Origin: Candidatus Woesearchaeota archaeon
GTDB lineage: Archaea > Nanobdellota > Nanobdellia > Pacearchaeales > GW2011-AR1
DNA length: 48,572 nt
Assembly: GCA_964635935.1 (NCBI GenBank)
Contig: CAZWNN010000001.1
Span: forward strand, 1-48,572
Direction of reading: 5' to 3'
Of the stretch, positions 1-9,591 are shown piece by piece; position 1 is the stretch's first letter; the number at the start of each line of letters is the position of its first letter. Made by a program: the position numbers and the translations under genes. The notes under the pieces were generated by a model, which made no database searches, was not told the DNA's origin, and saw only the letters and a program-made list of their open reading frames with translations.

Positions 1-50
1 TTTTCGTGTTTTTCCCAAAATCTTTAAATAGCTTATTCAGGCAAAATTAT

Positions 51-1841
51 ATGGTAAATTATCATGTGGTGCATAATCCTCCATCATTTGAAACTATAAG
101 TTTAATTGGAAAAGCCACAACAGTATTTGATTTAATTGCATGGCTCTCCGATAAAAATAAAGAAAAATTAAATAAAAATAATTTCATGGAATTTTTAAAT
201 AGAGATTTGTCAAAACAAAGACAAGGCATGGCTGAAACAATGGGGTTTGAAAATCATGCTTCAATTTATATTGCAAAACAAATTGCAAGAAAGGATAAAC
301 ATTCAGAAATTATATTGACAGATGGAAGAAAAAGAAAACTTTCTGATGCAATAAAAAAACAAAAGCCAAAAGCAGTTTGGATAACTTGTCTAAGTTCTAA
401 TTTTGCTTCAGCAGTTGCCGATGCTATTGTTTTGAATCATGGAAAAATTCCTGTAATAATCGGAGGCATTCATGTGTCGGTAAGTCCTGAAGATGTCGAC
501 ACTTACATAAGAAACCAAGTTCCCTACCCTAAATTGATTTCCATAGTCCAAGGTCCTGCAGATTCAGATGTTATTAAAAAAATTATTCTTGATTTAAATA
601 AAAATAAATTAAAAAAATCTTATGTTGGACTAAGAACAATAGAAAATGGTGTATGGAAACAAACTAAAAATATATCTTTTATAGAAAAAAGAAACCCAAA
701 GATTTTTAAAAAATTGCCAATTATAGGGTCCTGGCTGTCAAAAAATATCATCATCAACAGTGCAGTCCCTTACTCTGGTTGCCCTTACAATTGCAGTTTC
801 TGTTCAATCTCTGGACTACTAAGAAGCCAGAGAAAGTTTATAATGAGGACGCCAAAAGATTTTGTAGAAGAACTTGAATCTTATCAAAAAAACAAGCCAA
901 ACTTAAAAAACAGATATTTTCTTTTTTTGCCGGACAATTTGCTTCTTGGTGGAAAAAAGTTAGAAGAAATTTTAGATTTAATTATTAAAAGTAATTTAAA
1001 AATAAACTGGACAGCCCAAGTTTCTATTAATGTTGCTGAAAATGAAAAACTTTTAAAAAAAATGAGAGCCGCAGGATGCTCGCAACTTTTTATTGGATTT
1101 GAGTCGCTGGATATAAGAAATTTGAAATTCGTAAACAAAAATATAGTTAGAAATATAGAAAAATCAAGATTAAATGTAAAAGATTATTATTCAAACCTTA
1201 TTAAGAAAATTCAAAACCAGGGAATTGGAATAGTTGCTTCTTTTATTATTGGTCTTCCTTATGATAAATTTATCTCTTTAAATAATCATACAGGAAAAGA
1301 TATTGCTGATTTTTGCATTAAACATAAAATCATCCTCCAGCCAAGTTCTTATACTTATTTACCTGGTTCCCAAGATTTTAAAAAAGCCCAGAAAAATAAA
1401 ACTTTTATCTATGGGAGGAAAGGTTCAATAGAATATTTATTATCTTTGTCTTCTGCTGATTTAACAGAAACAAACAAAACTTCACAAGGATTAAGTCCTT
1501 TAGTTGTTTCTTACATGGCTTATGACTCTGCTGAAAAAACAGGAACTTTAAAAAATATAATTAAAATAGCCCTCCATATTTCCAAAAAATCTTTTCAATA
1601 CCCAACTCAAAGAGCAAAAACATCTTTTAAAGAAAGAGTTCATGATAGTTTTTTTGGATTTTTTTCACAACTTTTTGGATTCCAATATTATTATCAGATG
1701 AAGGCCGCTGCTTATCCAAAAAAAGACATTGATGGTTTTTTTGAAAGATTTTATGAAATTGAAAAAAATAAGAAGACCAAGAAAATATTTAAAAATTATA
1801 CTGAAAGATTCAAACGTTTTAGTTTTCTTTTGAAAGCCTAA
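51..1841 (+). CDS. B12-binding-domain (class B-like) radical SAM protein
   Basis: ORF 6..1841 (GTG) with an in-frame ATG at 51 preceded by a TTTAAATA box. CPYNCSFCS is a CxxxCxxC radical SAM motif. N-terminal IPVIIGGIHVS resembles a cobalamin-binding domain. Confidence 0.75.
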   Translation: MVNYHVVHNPPSFETISLIGKATTVFDLIAWLSDKNKEKLNKNNFMEFLNRDLSKQRQGMAETMGFENHASIYIAKQIARKDKHSEIILTDGRKRKLSDAIKKQKPKAVWITCLSSNFASAVADAIVLNHGKIPVIIGGIHVSVSPEDVDTYIRNQVPYPKLISIVQGPADSDVIKKIILDLNKNKLKKSYVGLRTIENGVWKQTKNISFIEKRNPKIFKKLPIIGSWLSKNIIINSAVPYSGCPYNCSFCSISGLLRSQRKFIMRTPKDFVEELESYQKNKPNLKNRYFLFLPDNLLLGGKKLEEILDLIIKSNLKINWTAQVSINVAENEKLLKKMRAAGCSQLFIGFESLDIRNLKFVNKNIVRNIEKSRLNVKDYYSNLIKKIQNQGIGIVASFIIGLPYDKFISLNNHTGKDIADFCIKHKIILQPSSYTYLPGSQDFKKAQKNKTFIYGRKGSIEYLLSLSSADLTETNKTSQGLSPLVVSYMAYDSAEKTGTLKNIIKIALHISKKSFQYPTQRAKTSFKERVHDSFFGFFSQLFGFQYYYQMKAAAYPKKDIDGFFERFYEIEKNKKTKKIFKNYTERFKRFSFLLKA

Positions 1842-1895
1842 TTTTTCTTTTCTGCCCTAACCGGGTACACCTTTGGTGCAAAAGAAAAGAGGCTA
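1820..1895. repeat. 76-nt dispersed repeat, copy 1 (hairpin between convergent genes)
   Basis: TAGTTTTCTTTTGAAAGCCTAATTTTTCTTTTCTGCCCTAACCGGGTACACCTTTGGTGCAAAAGAAAAGAGGCTA. 71 of 76 positions are identical to 17402..17477 (hand alignment). Confidence 0.8.
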
Positions 1896-3362
1896 AGTAA
1901 TCCTCTTCTTAGAAATAACAATTCCAAGCCCAACAGCAAGAAGGGCATATAACGCAAGAACAATTACAGGTATAATTACATCCCCTAATCCAAGCCCCTT
2001 TATCATAATTCCCCGTAGAGCTATATTAGAATAAAACATCGGACTAATATAAGCAACAGGCCTCATAAACTTGGGCATCACCTCTATCGGTGAAAATGTC
2101 TGAGAAACTAATAAAAGTGGAATAACAATCAACGGAAGCAGTAAACTTGCCTGCCTCATTGTCTTAACAATCGAAGAAATCAACAAACCAAGCCCAATTG
2201 CAGTAGCCATTAATAATAAAAGCACAAGCATTACACTAAAGATGCTTCCAACAACAGTAACATTAAACAAAACCAACGCAATAAATAAAACATAAAGTGT
2301 TTCTAAAACCCCTACAAAAAGATAAACAAAAAATTTCCCCCCAAAAAGTTCATATTTTTTCAACGGCGTAGTCGAAATTCTAAAAAGAGTTTTTGAATTT
2401 CTCTCTTCAACAAGATTAAGTGAAGTTAAAACAAATCCAATAAAAAACAAAATCAACGTCATTATCGCAGGAGTCAAATAATTAAAATAAGAAATCTCCC
2501 CAAAAAGATAATCTTTTTTAATATCAAAAGGAAACGAAAGAAAATCTTTTTTCAATTTTTTCAATTCAAGATTGACAGTGCGCATCTTGTCTTGAATATC
2601 TTTATAAGTGTCTTCCATTTCATCAGCACTTGTATCAATATCTCTAATAATTTTTTTATTTGCTCTCAAATCAGATTCTACAGAATCCACCTCGCTAATT
2701 ATCTCATTAATAGAATCAGTAAGAGCAGGAGCAGCTTGTTTTAATTGATTTAAAGATACTTTCAAATCAGCAATAGAATCAGCAGCCCCCTCAATATCTA
2801 CTTTTTCAATATTTTCAACTGTTCTTTTTCCTAACTCATCTAAACTATCAACCAAATTTTCAACCTCATCAATTTCTTTCTGCTTCTGCCCCCTCTCAGT
2901 TTCTAAATCCTTAACAATAATTTTAACAATATCCTGTAAAGAATCTTTTGCAACCTCGCTAGAAGCCCCTTTTAAAATATTATAAATAGTATAATCAGAA
3001 CTATCAATATAAAGTTCAATTTCCGCTTTTTCAGCCATGTCAAGCTTGTCATCAAAATCAGGAGGAATATAAAATATCGCCCTTGCCCCGCTTTTTCTCA
3101 ACTCCTCTTTAGCATCATCTAAAGTTATATTAACAAGAGTGTGCTCAAAATAATCAGAATTATTTATCGCATCAATAACTTTTTGCGAATAATCAGACAA
3201 AGATTCATCAATCACAAGTGTTTCAACATTCCTAACATCAGCCTGAAAAGCATAGCCCAAAACAAGCATCAAAATCAAAGGTTCCACAATCAAAGTTAAA
3301 ATAAAAGCCCTATCCCTCGCAATAGACTTAAACTCTTTTTTAATTACTTTAGTCAATCTCAT
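1893..3362 (-). CDS. ABC-2 type transporter permease with a large coiled-coil extracytoplasmic loop
   Basis: One N-terminal TM segment, a roughly 250-aa charged coiled-coil region, then about 5 C-terminal TM segments. The 3' end overlaps the upstream ABC ATPase gene by 14 nt. Confidence 0.7.
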   Translation of the reverse strand: MRLTKVIKKEFKSIARDRAFILTLIVEPLILMLVLGYAFQADVRNVETLVIDESLSDYSQKVIDAINNSDYFEHTLVNITLDDAKEELRKSGARAIFYIPPDFDDKLDMAEKAEIELYIDSSDYTIYNILKGASSEVAKDSLQDIVKIIVKDLETERGQKQKEIDEVENLVDSLDELGKRTVENIEKVDIEGAADSIADLKVSLNQLKQAAPALTDSINEIISEVDSVESDLRANKKIIRDIDTSADEMEDTYKDIQDKMRTVNLELKKLKKDFLSFPFDIKKDYLFGEISYFNYLTPAIMTLILFFIGFVLTSLNLVEERNSKTLFRISTTPLKKYELFGGKFFVYLFVGVLETLYVLFIALVLFNVTVVGSIFSVMLVLLLLMATAIGLGLLISSIVKTMRQASLLLPLIVIPLLLVSQTFSPIEVMPKFMRPVAYISPMFYSNIALRGIMIKGLGLGDVIIPVIVLALYALLAVGLGIVISKKRIT

Positions 3363-4299
3363 CTTTATTCTCCATTACATATTCAAAAATATCTTCAAGC
3401 CTCTGCTTCTTAATATCAATATTTAAAATATGCGACCTGAAATATCTAATTGAATTAATCAAATCAATCATTCCCCGCCCAAGATTTTTACTCCTGAAAG
3501 TAACTGTTTTCTCACTAACCTTTAAGTCATAAATATCTAAATGATATTTTTTTAAATATCTGCCAATTTTTTCAGCATCAAGAAAAACATCAAACTCAAT
3601 TGAGATTGATTCTCCGAGAATTTGAGAATATTTTTTAACAAGCTCTGAAGGTCGCCCTTCAATAATCTTTTTCCCGTCGTCGAGAAACACAACATAATCA
3701 CATATCGCCTCTGCCTCTTTTATTGAATGAGTTGTAATTATTATTGTAGTATTTTTTAAAGAATTAAGAAGGTTTCTCACAAGCTCTCGTGTCTGAATAT
3801 CAATTCCAGTAAGGGGCTCATCTAAAAACAAAATTCTCGGCTGAGAAATCAAGGCACAAGCAATAGAGCACCTCCGCTGATAACCCCCAGAAAGTTCAGA
3901 AATTTTTGAATTTCTTTTTTGCTCTAATTCAAAGTTCTTAATCATTTTTTCAATTATAATTTTTAATTCGCTTTTTTTATCAATATAAAGACCTCCAAAA
4001 AATTCCATGTTTTCATAAACAGTAAGATCCTCATACAAAGAAATTGTCTGAGGCACAAAGGCAATTTGTTTTCTTATATCTTCTATTTTGCTAAGCGCGC
4101 TCATTCCAAGAATATTAATACTCCCTTCATCAGGAATCAGCAGACCAGTTAACATATTAATTATAGTAGTTTTTCCAGCGCCGTTACTTCCAAGAAGCCC
4201 AAAAATTTTCCCTTCAGGAATTTTAAAAGAAACATTATCTACTGCAATAAGCTCTCCAAACCTTTTTGTCACACCAGAAACTTTTATAGCATAATCCAT
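3349..4299 (-). CDS. ABC transporter ATP-binding protein
   Basis: Walker A GSNGAGKTT, signature LSGGYQRR and Walker B ILFLDEP. Confidence 0.9.
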   Translation of the reverse strand: MDYAIKVSGVTKRFGELIAVDNVSFKIPEGKIFGLLGSNGAGKTTIINMLTGLLIPDEGSINILGMSALSKIEDIRKQIAFVPQTISLYEDLTVYENMEFFGGLYIDKKSELKIIIEKMIKNFELEQKRNSKISELSGGYQRRCSIACALISQPRILFLDEPLTGIDIQTRELVRNLLNSLKNTTIIITTHSIKEAEAICDYVVFLDDGKKIIEGRPSELVKKYSQILGESISIEFDVFLDAEKIGRYLKKYHLDIYDLKVSEKTVTFRSKNLGRGMIDLINSIRYFRSHILNIDIKKQRLEDIFEYVMENKDEID

Positions 4300-4994
4300 T
4301 ATCCTGCAATCAAACTCCCCCCAAAATTCTTCTTAGAAATAATTTTTTCCAAATCAGTTAAACTGCCGACAATATAAGTCACAACCTTGTGCTTCATAAT
4401 CGTCCTCGCAGCCCTCTGGTCAAGAATAAAATGCTGTCCAGCTTTATACTTTATCTTTCTAGCTCGTTCATAAAATTTCTTCCAACTTATTTTCTTAATA
4501 AACTTAGCTTTTTTGTTTGTCTTAGGATTAGAAGTATACAACCCCCGCACATTTGTAATATTAATAAAACCGCATTTCAAATAAGCAGCTAAATCAGCAG
4601 CAGTCCCGTCTGAAGTATTTTTATCTTTATAACGCAAAGCTCCGCAAAAAACAATCTGATTTGCTTTCAAAAGATTCTTTACCTTTTTCATATTTTTCGG
4701 AAGTGGCCAAGGTTCATTTGCTTTCTTCCCAAACAACCGCGCCAAAAATGAGGCATGCATTCGTGTCACTGCAATTCCCACTTTAGACTGCTTCTTCACC
4801 CCAACATGCATCTTCCTAAGAGCAGAAATATATTTCCGAGCCGTAGTCCCCCCACCAGTAACCACCACAAACCGATGCTCAGGATAATTATCAACAATCT
4901 TTTCAAACTTATCAATAAAGTTATAATCAACATCCTCTGGAACAATTCTACTTCCACCAAGACTAATTACCCAGAGTTTGTTCTCTTTTTTCAT
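4299..4994 (-). CDS. pyrH: Archaeal-type uridylate (UMP) kinase
   Basis: Amino-acid-kinase fold motifs: ISLGGS, VVVTGGGTTARKYI and TSDGTAADLA. About 230 aa, as in archaeal PyrH. Confidence 0.7.
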   Translation of the reverse strand: MKKENKLWVISLGGSRIVPEDVDYNFIDKFEKIVDNYPEHRFVVVTGGGTTARKYISALRKMHVGVKKQSKVGIAVTRMHASFLARLFGKKANEPWPLPKNMKKVKNLLKANQIVFCGALRYKDKNTSDGTAADLAAYLKCGFINITNVRGLYTSNPKTNKKAKFIKKISWKKFYERARKIKYKAGQHFILDQRAARTIMKHKVVTYIVGSLTDLEKIISKKNFGGSLIAG

Positions 4995-5076
4995 GTCAGA
5001 ACAAATGAATATTATTATTTAAAACTATATGTTGCAGCACCTATTTGTTTTTAAAATAAGTTTTAATGATTATCAT

Positions 5077-6078
5077 ATGAATAAGAAAAGAAGTGAAAAA
5101 CCAGGGCCTACTAAAAAATTAGTGGATATCATTGAAAGAAATTCTTCAAGACACAAAAGAGTTTTAAAACCTAAAATTCCAGAATTAAGATTTAGAATTA
5201 GTGCTGAAAGAACTCCTTCCTTATTTAAAAATATTCCCGTATTACAATTAATGGCCTTAAGACAATATGGAGGCACATTTTTTCAAGTGTTGGCAAAAGC
5301 AATTTTCGGAGGTGCTGAAACAGATAAAGTAAATAATTGTATGCAATACTTAATTCAAGGAAGGAAGAAAAAATTTGCTCCAGATCTTACTAATTTTAAT
5401 ACTGAAACTTTTAGAGAAGTAAAAGGAGTATGCGCCACAGAGTCAAGCAAATTTAGGGATTTTCAAATGAACAATTATGCAAGACTTTTGACCTATACAT
5501 TTCCATTTGAAAATCCAAAATTAAGTTTTACTTTTTGTAGATATAATATTCGAAGACCAGCTTCTCTTGTAGATATGACTTCTGCAAAAGCTTGTGAAGA
5601 TTCTATTTTAGAAATGGTACAAGATAATTGTTCTTTTATTTTGGATTTATCTTTTCCAGTTGTGTTGGCATTATATTTTGCTGGAACAAGATATGATGGA
5701 GAAAAGTTTGATACATTAGCAAGATTTTCTTCAAGGCAAATTGATGGGATGTTTGAAGACCCAAAAAAAACACTAGGAGAATTAAAACCCCAACCAATGC
5801 CTGGTGTTGAAGTAAGACTTCCATTATTTAGGAGTGGAATTTCTTTAGAAGATGTTGTTTGGAGGAGATATAAGTTAGCTCAGGAAGTTTGTATTAATGG
5901 AAGAAATATTAAATCACCTTTAATATTAAAAGCGACAATTCCACAAGAAAGATATGTTTTATGGTTGGACTCTTTTAGAGAAGAGTGTGATAAATCAAAA
6001 AAAGAACATCCTGAAGATTATAATAATTTAGATAGTGGTGATTTTTTGAGATTTTTCAGATTATATGATAAGGACTAG
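5077..6078 (+). CDS. Hypothetical protein
   Basis: Long ORF (track 5029..6078). ATG at 5077 sits about 25 nt downstream of a TTTTAAAATAA box. No motif recognised. A/T-ending codon usage differs from neighbouring genes. Confidence 0.5.
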   Translation: MNKKRSEKPGPTKKLVDIIERNSSRHKRVLKPKIPELRFRISAERTPSLFKNIPVLQLMALRQYGGTFFQVLAKAIFGGAETDKVNNCMQYLIQGRKKKFAPDLTNFNTETFREVKGVCATESSKFRDFQMNNYARLLTYTFPFENPKLSFTFCRYNIRRPASLVDMTSAKACEDSILEMVQDNCSFILDLSFPVVLALYFAGTRYDGEKFDTLARFSSRQIDGMFEDPKKTLGELKPQPMPGVEVRLPLFRSGISLEDVVWRRYKLAQEVCINGRNIKSPLILKATIPQERYVLWLDSFREECDKSKKEHPEDYNNLDSGDFLRFFRLYDKD

Positions 6079-6353
6079 CGAACAGTAAACAACTCATCAT
6101 CATCAACATCAAACACCCCAACCCGAACCCCGCAATCCAGCCACCCATGCGCATAATTCAAAGCAGCAAAAGCATCAACCCAATTCCCCCTTTCCTCAAA
6201 ATGCCCAGCATCACTAAGATAATTCTCAACCATCTCAATAATCACCTCAGCATCTTTCTCCCGCCCCCTAACAATATTCTTTTTAACCTTCCCTAAGCCC
6301 CGACCAGTCAAATCAGAATATTTCTTAAGTTTTTCTTTTGTTATCTCTTTCAT
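6075..6353 (-). CDS. DUF357-like small archaeal protein
   Basis: 92 aa. C-terminal AFAALNYAHGWLDCGVRVG resembles the conserved YAxGWLDxG core of the archaeal DUF357 family. Confidence 0.5.
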   Translation of the reverse strand: MKEITKEKLKKYSDLTGRGLGKVKKNIVRGREKDAEVIIEMVENYLSDAGHFEERGNWVDAFAALNYAHGWLDCGVRVGVFDVDDDELFTVR

Positions 6354-6391
6354 GAAATTAAAGAAAAATAAGCAGTTAAAAACCTATCGAT

Positions 6392-6553
6392 GTTTAGTAA
6401 AATCCACAAGACTGGATATAGGTAGATGAGATTAATATCTTTAAGCTATTGCGGAAATTTAGCTTGTCTTAATTATTATTGTGCTAAATTTCTGTTGGTT
6501 TTGGAGAGCATCACTTCCTCTAAATTATAAGGCTTGTTAAGTAATTTCTAAAG
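6392..6553 (+). repeat. Intergenic hairpin repeat, copy A (core 6446..6514)
   Basis: Core CTATTGCGGAAATTTAGC-loop-GCTAAATTTCTGTTGGTTTTGGAGAGCATCAC. Left end GTTTAGTAAAATCCAC, right end GTAATTTCTAAAG. Confidence 0.8.
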
Positions 6554-6635
6554 AAATTATTTTTTATTTGTTTCTTTTTCTAAAATCTTCATCCCAAGAA
6601 AAGATTTATAAAGCTTATAATTACAGAGCATTATA

Positions 6636-7331
6636 ATGTTTGTAGAAGATGTTCCAGAAGGAAGAATTAGGTCTGCTTTTGTACAGGATGTTCCTTTTGA
6701 TGAAGCTGTTTTGGAATTAAACGAAAACGGCTATAGAGTAATTTCTGCAAAAGAGAATTTAGCATTGCTTATTCAAGAAGGAGTAAGGTCTCACTTATTA
6801 GATACAGATGAAAGAATTGGATCAAATAGAACAAGAGAAGGCTATATTCTTTTTCCATTAGACCAAACCCAGGTAGCTTTGGTTAAAGATTCTCCTGCAT
6901 TAGCTAAAGCAGAGGATTATGCACAAACACACATCCATAATGACGCGGACGTTATAGCTGGTAGAGAATTTTATTTATCTTCAAGGGAATTAGAAAAAGT
7001 GATGAGTCAAGCTTTAATACTTCCACATACGCCCCAGGAGGCTTATAAAGTTCCTGTTCAAAGATTTAATGAAGATAAACTCACGAGATTTCTTTTTGAA
7101 GAACAAGCTGGACCTGGAGGAGATTTTTTAAAAGAAGCTGAATTTGATAGACTTGAGTTTTTTTATAGTGTGCGTTCTAGCTGTTTTCATGGAGAAAGAA
7201 AACCTTTTTTAAAACAACTATGGTTCTCTGTAGTAAAACATAAGAGGCGAGATTTTAAAACACTTTATTTAAGAGGTTGGCCAGCATTTGGTTCTGCTTT
7301 TACAAGGGTCCGTGGGATAAAAACTAATTGA
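6636..7331 (+). CDS. Hypothetical protein (orphan, flanked by two direct copies of the intergenic repeat)
   Basis: 231-aa ORF with a TTTATAAAG box about 30 nt upstream. R/E/D-rich composition unlike the K-rich core proteome. Confidence 0.5.
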   Translation: MFVEDVPEGRIRSAFVQDVPFDEAVLELNENGYRVISAKENLALLIQEGVRSHLLDTDERIGSNRTREGYILFPLDQTQVALVKDSPALAKAEDYAQTHIHNDADVIAGREFYLSSRELEKVMSQALILPHTPQEAYKVPVQRFNEDKLTRFLFEEQAGPGGDFLKEAEFDRLEFFYSVRSSCFHGERKPFLKQLWFSVVKHKRRDFKTLYLRGWPAFGSAFTRVRGIKTN

Positions 7332-7359
7332 AAATAAATAATTATTAACTCCTCTATAT

Positions 7360-7490
7360 GTTTACTTAAGCACCCTTTATCTATCTATAAATCTATTGCA
7401 GAAATTTAGCCAATAATATATAAGATAGCAAAATTTCTGTTTGCTTTGAAGAGCCTCTCTCCTAATATATTTCCAGTAATTTCTAAAAAA
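7360..7490 (+). repeat. Intergenic hairpin repeat, copy B (core 7393..7462)
   Basis: CTATTGCAGAAATTTAGCC-loop-AGCAAAATTTCTGTTTGCTTTGAAGAGC. Right end CCAGTAATTTCTAAAAAA abuts the stop of 7491..8066. Confidence 0.8.
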
Positions 7491-8066
7491 TCAATACTGC
7501 CCCTCCAAAAGAGAGTAAGGAGTCTGCTTCTTAATCACAAACCGCGAACCAATCACCCCACTAACAACAGCACTAAGAACAAAGTTATCCACAGCAGCTC
7601 TAAAAACACCCTCCACCAAAGGAATGCGCGCTTTTTCAGATACTTTTTTTAGCAGAGCATTAATTTCCAGCTGGCTCAAACTAATCTTTGTTCCCTGCAC
7701 CTGCCCAGCCCGCACAATTGTCAAAGGTTTGTCAGCACCAGGACACTCAATCGAAGTCACAGTAACATCAACAAGAAGTGGCTGCAATTTTCCATAACCT
7801 TCAGGTCTTTCTAAATAATCTATTGTTGTTGCAGGCCGAGACATCTGCAGTGCAGGACGAGGAGAAACAGGACGAGGAATCGGCCTTGCTAAAGGAGAAA
7901 TTCTCCCGCCCCCTAACAAACCCTTATTAACAACTCTTTGAGAAACCCTAGGAACAAGTTCAGCATTAACTCTTTTCTGCCCTGGTAAAAAAACTTTCCC
8001 TTTTCTAGATTGTAATACACGCATAACAATAGCACGAACTAACAAAGAATTCCCTAACTGATTCAT
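7491..8066 (-). CDS. FlaI/PilB-family secretion ATPase, N-terminal domain only (possibly a truncated gene)
   Basis: GKLQPLLVDVTVTSIECPGADKPLTIV...GSRFVIKKQTPYSLLEGQ resembles the region preceding the Walker A box of archaeal type IV pilus/archaellum ATPases. The ORF stops before any P-loop, exactly where repeat copy B begins. Confidence 0.4.
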   Translation of the reverse strand: MNQLGNSLLVRAIVMRVLQSRKGKVFLPGQKRVNAELVPRVSQRVVNKGLLGGGRISPLARPIPRPVSPRPALQMSRPATTIDYLERPEGYGKLQPLLVDVTVTSIECPGADKPLTIVRAGQVQGTKISLSQLEINALLKKVSEKARIPLVEGVFRAAVDNFVLSAVVSGVIGSRFVIKKQTPYSLLEGQY

Positions 8067-8416
8067 ATTCTCGGCAAAGGTTTTGGCCCAGTAGGCAGAG
8101 CTCTCTGCCCACCAAATTTACTCTCAAGCAAAACCAAACCCTGAGCAATTGTTTTATTCTGTTCAATCAACGTCTCTAATTTCCGAGCAACCTCCTTACC
8201 ATCAATTGCCCCATCCTCAGCAACGTTTTTCGCAGCCAACTCAAAAACCTGCAGCAGCTTCGAAATATTATCAGACAACTCCCCAAACTTCATAGACAAA
8301 TTAGTCATCGCCTTTTGCAAACCAACAAAATTCTCAATAAGCAAATCATCTCTCTGATTAGTAGTCATCCCACGCACAGGAGCAACACTAACACCAATCA
8401 CCCTCTTTCTTGCCAT
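8063..8416 (-). CDS. Hypothetical coiled-coil protein
   Basis: 117-aa ORF. Its stop overlaps the start of the downstream gene by 4 nt. Confidence 0.45.
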   Translation of the reverse strand: MARKRVIGVSVAPVRGMTTNQRDDLLIENFVGLQKAMTNLSMKFGELSDNISKLLQVFELAAKNVAEDGAIDGKEVARKLETLIEQNKTIAQGLVLLESKFGGQRALPTGPKPLPRI

Positions 8417-8453
8417 AAAATATAGAAGATAATTTACTTTATAAATTCTTCGT

Positions 8454-8580
8454 GATTAAGTAAAGCCACAAGAAGGAATAATATTTCTAATTACAGAATA
8501 TCTTAAAGATATTGCGAAAATTTTGCCAATAATCTATAAAAAGGCTAAATTTCTGTTAGCCTTGAAAGCTCACCCTCTAC
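8454..8580 (+). repeat. Intergenic hairpin repeat, copy C (core 8509..8577)
   Basis: ATATTGCGAAAATTTTGCC-loop-GGCTAAATTTCTGTTAGCCTTGAAAGC. The upstream AATAATATTTCTAATTACAGAATATCTTAAAG is nearly identical to the equivalent stretch in copy D. Confidence 0.75.
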
Positions 8581-8584
8581 TTTC

Positions 8585-8899
8585 TTAATTAAATCTTCGT
8601 GGAAAATATTCTTTTAGTATCTTAATTACCTCCAAATGGTCTGAAGTTTCTGAAATACCAATCTGGAAAGAACGTTCTGTTCCAGGCCCATGAATAGGTT
8701 CTTTAATACGGCTTTCATAATCTAAAGGTAAATAAGGCTTTATTCTTTCAAAAAAATCTGCAGCTTTTTCACTACAAATTCTTTGATCGGCATCTCGATG
8801 CCCGTCTATCTCTAAAGTCCAACTCCAATCTGTTGTTTCTAAATCCCCCTGGTCTGTGCAATGGGATGCTGCATGAATCTGTATATTTTCTTCTCTCAT
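8585..8899 (-). CDS. Hypothetical protein
   Basis: 104-aa ORF between repeat copy C and tRNA-Trp. No motif recognised. Confidence 0.4.
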   Translation of the reverse strand: MREENIQIHAASHCTDQGDLETTDWSWTLEIDGHRDADQRICSEKAADFFERIKPYLPLDYESRIKEPIHGPGTERSFQIGISETSDHLEVIKILKEYFPRRFN

Positions 8900-8982
8900 C
8901 TTAACTTCATCACAGAACTCTTAATCCCCTTGCTTCAGGTGAAAATATAGAGATTTTGGGGTTTTTAAGTCTTCCTAAAAAA

Positions 8983-9055
8983 TGGGGTCGGAGGGAATCA
9001 AACCCCCATCAAGCGGGCTGGAGCCGCCCATTCTAGGTCATTGAACTACGACCCC
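8983..9055 (-). tRNA. tRNA-Trp(CCA), no intron
   Basis: The reverse complement folds as a cloverleaf: acceptor GGGGTCG/CGACCCC, anticodon arm GGCGG-CUCCAGC-CCGCU, T arm GGGGG-UUUGAUU-CCCUC. Confidence 0.85.
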
Positions 9056-9528
9056 TTGTAGTGTGCTTCCCTATGACAGTTAGCACATAATAATATACAT
9101 TTTTTTATTTCTTTTAAAGCCTTCTGTTTTGAAAAGTTTTTTATTATTGTTGTAATGCACCCTTCTTTATCTCCTTGATTATGGTGAAACTCTAAAGCTG
9201 AGATGCACTTGTTATAACCACAAATAATACATTTTCCGCCGAGAGATTCAATTAGTTCTTTTTTCTTTTCTTTAAGTTTTTGCTTTTTTCTTTGATAAAC
9301 CTTTTTTCTATGTTTCTTGTAATAATTGTCATTTGCTTTTCTTTGCCTTTCTTTTTTCTTTTCAATGTCAAAAGGTTTTCTAGGATGAGAAACCCCTAAT
9401 CTTTCAGCTTTATTCTGAATTGATTTAATACTCCGATTTAATTTTCTTGAAATTTCTTTCAAAGGAATTCTAGTAGAATATGTTTTAGTTAAATAATCCT
9501 TCTCACTTTTAGACCATCTCTTTTTCAT
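9046..9528 (-). CDS. HNH endonuclease with an N-terminal Myb/SANT-like HTH
   Basis: CIICGYNKC...EFHHNQGDKE...LLCANCHREAH is an HNH/zinc-finger motif. N-terminal WSKSEKDYL...SIQNKAERLGV looks like an HTH. The last 10 nt overlap the 5' end of tRNA-Trp. Confidence 0.7.
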   Translation of the reverse strand: MKKRWSKSEKDYLTKTYSTRIPLKEISRKLNRSIKSIQNKAERLGVSHPRKPFDIEKKKERQRKANDNYYKKHRKKVYQRKKQKLKEKKKELIESLGGKCIICGYNKCISALEFHHNQGDKEGCITTIIKNFSKQKALKEIKKCILLCANCHREAHYKGS

Positions 9529-9591
9529 AATAAATATAATAAATGGGGATATATAAAGTTTACCTCTTGAAAAGGTTATATAGAATTATAC

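Noticed and set aside
6446-6514. Interpreting the intergenic hairpin repeat as a C/D-box sRNA or as a CRISPR repeat
   Set aside because: A CUGA is present near the 3' side, but there is no RUGAUGA C box in the right place on either strand. Copies are kilobases apart, in both orientations, and about 130-190 bp long, so this is not a CRISPR array.
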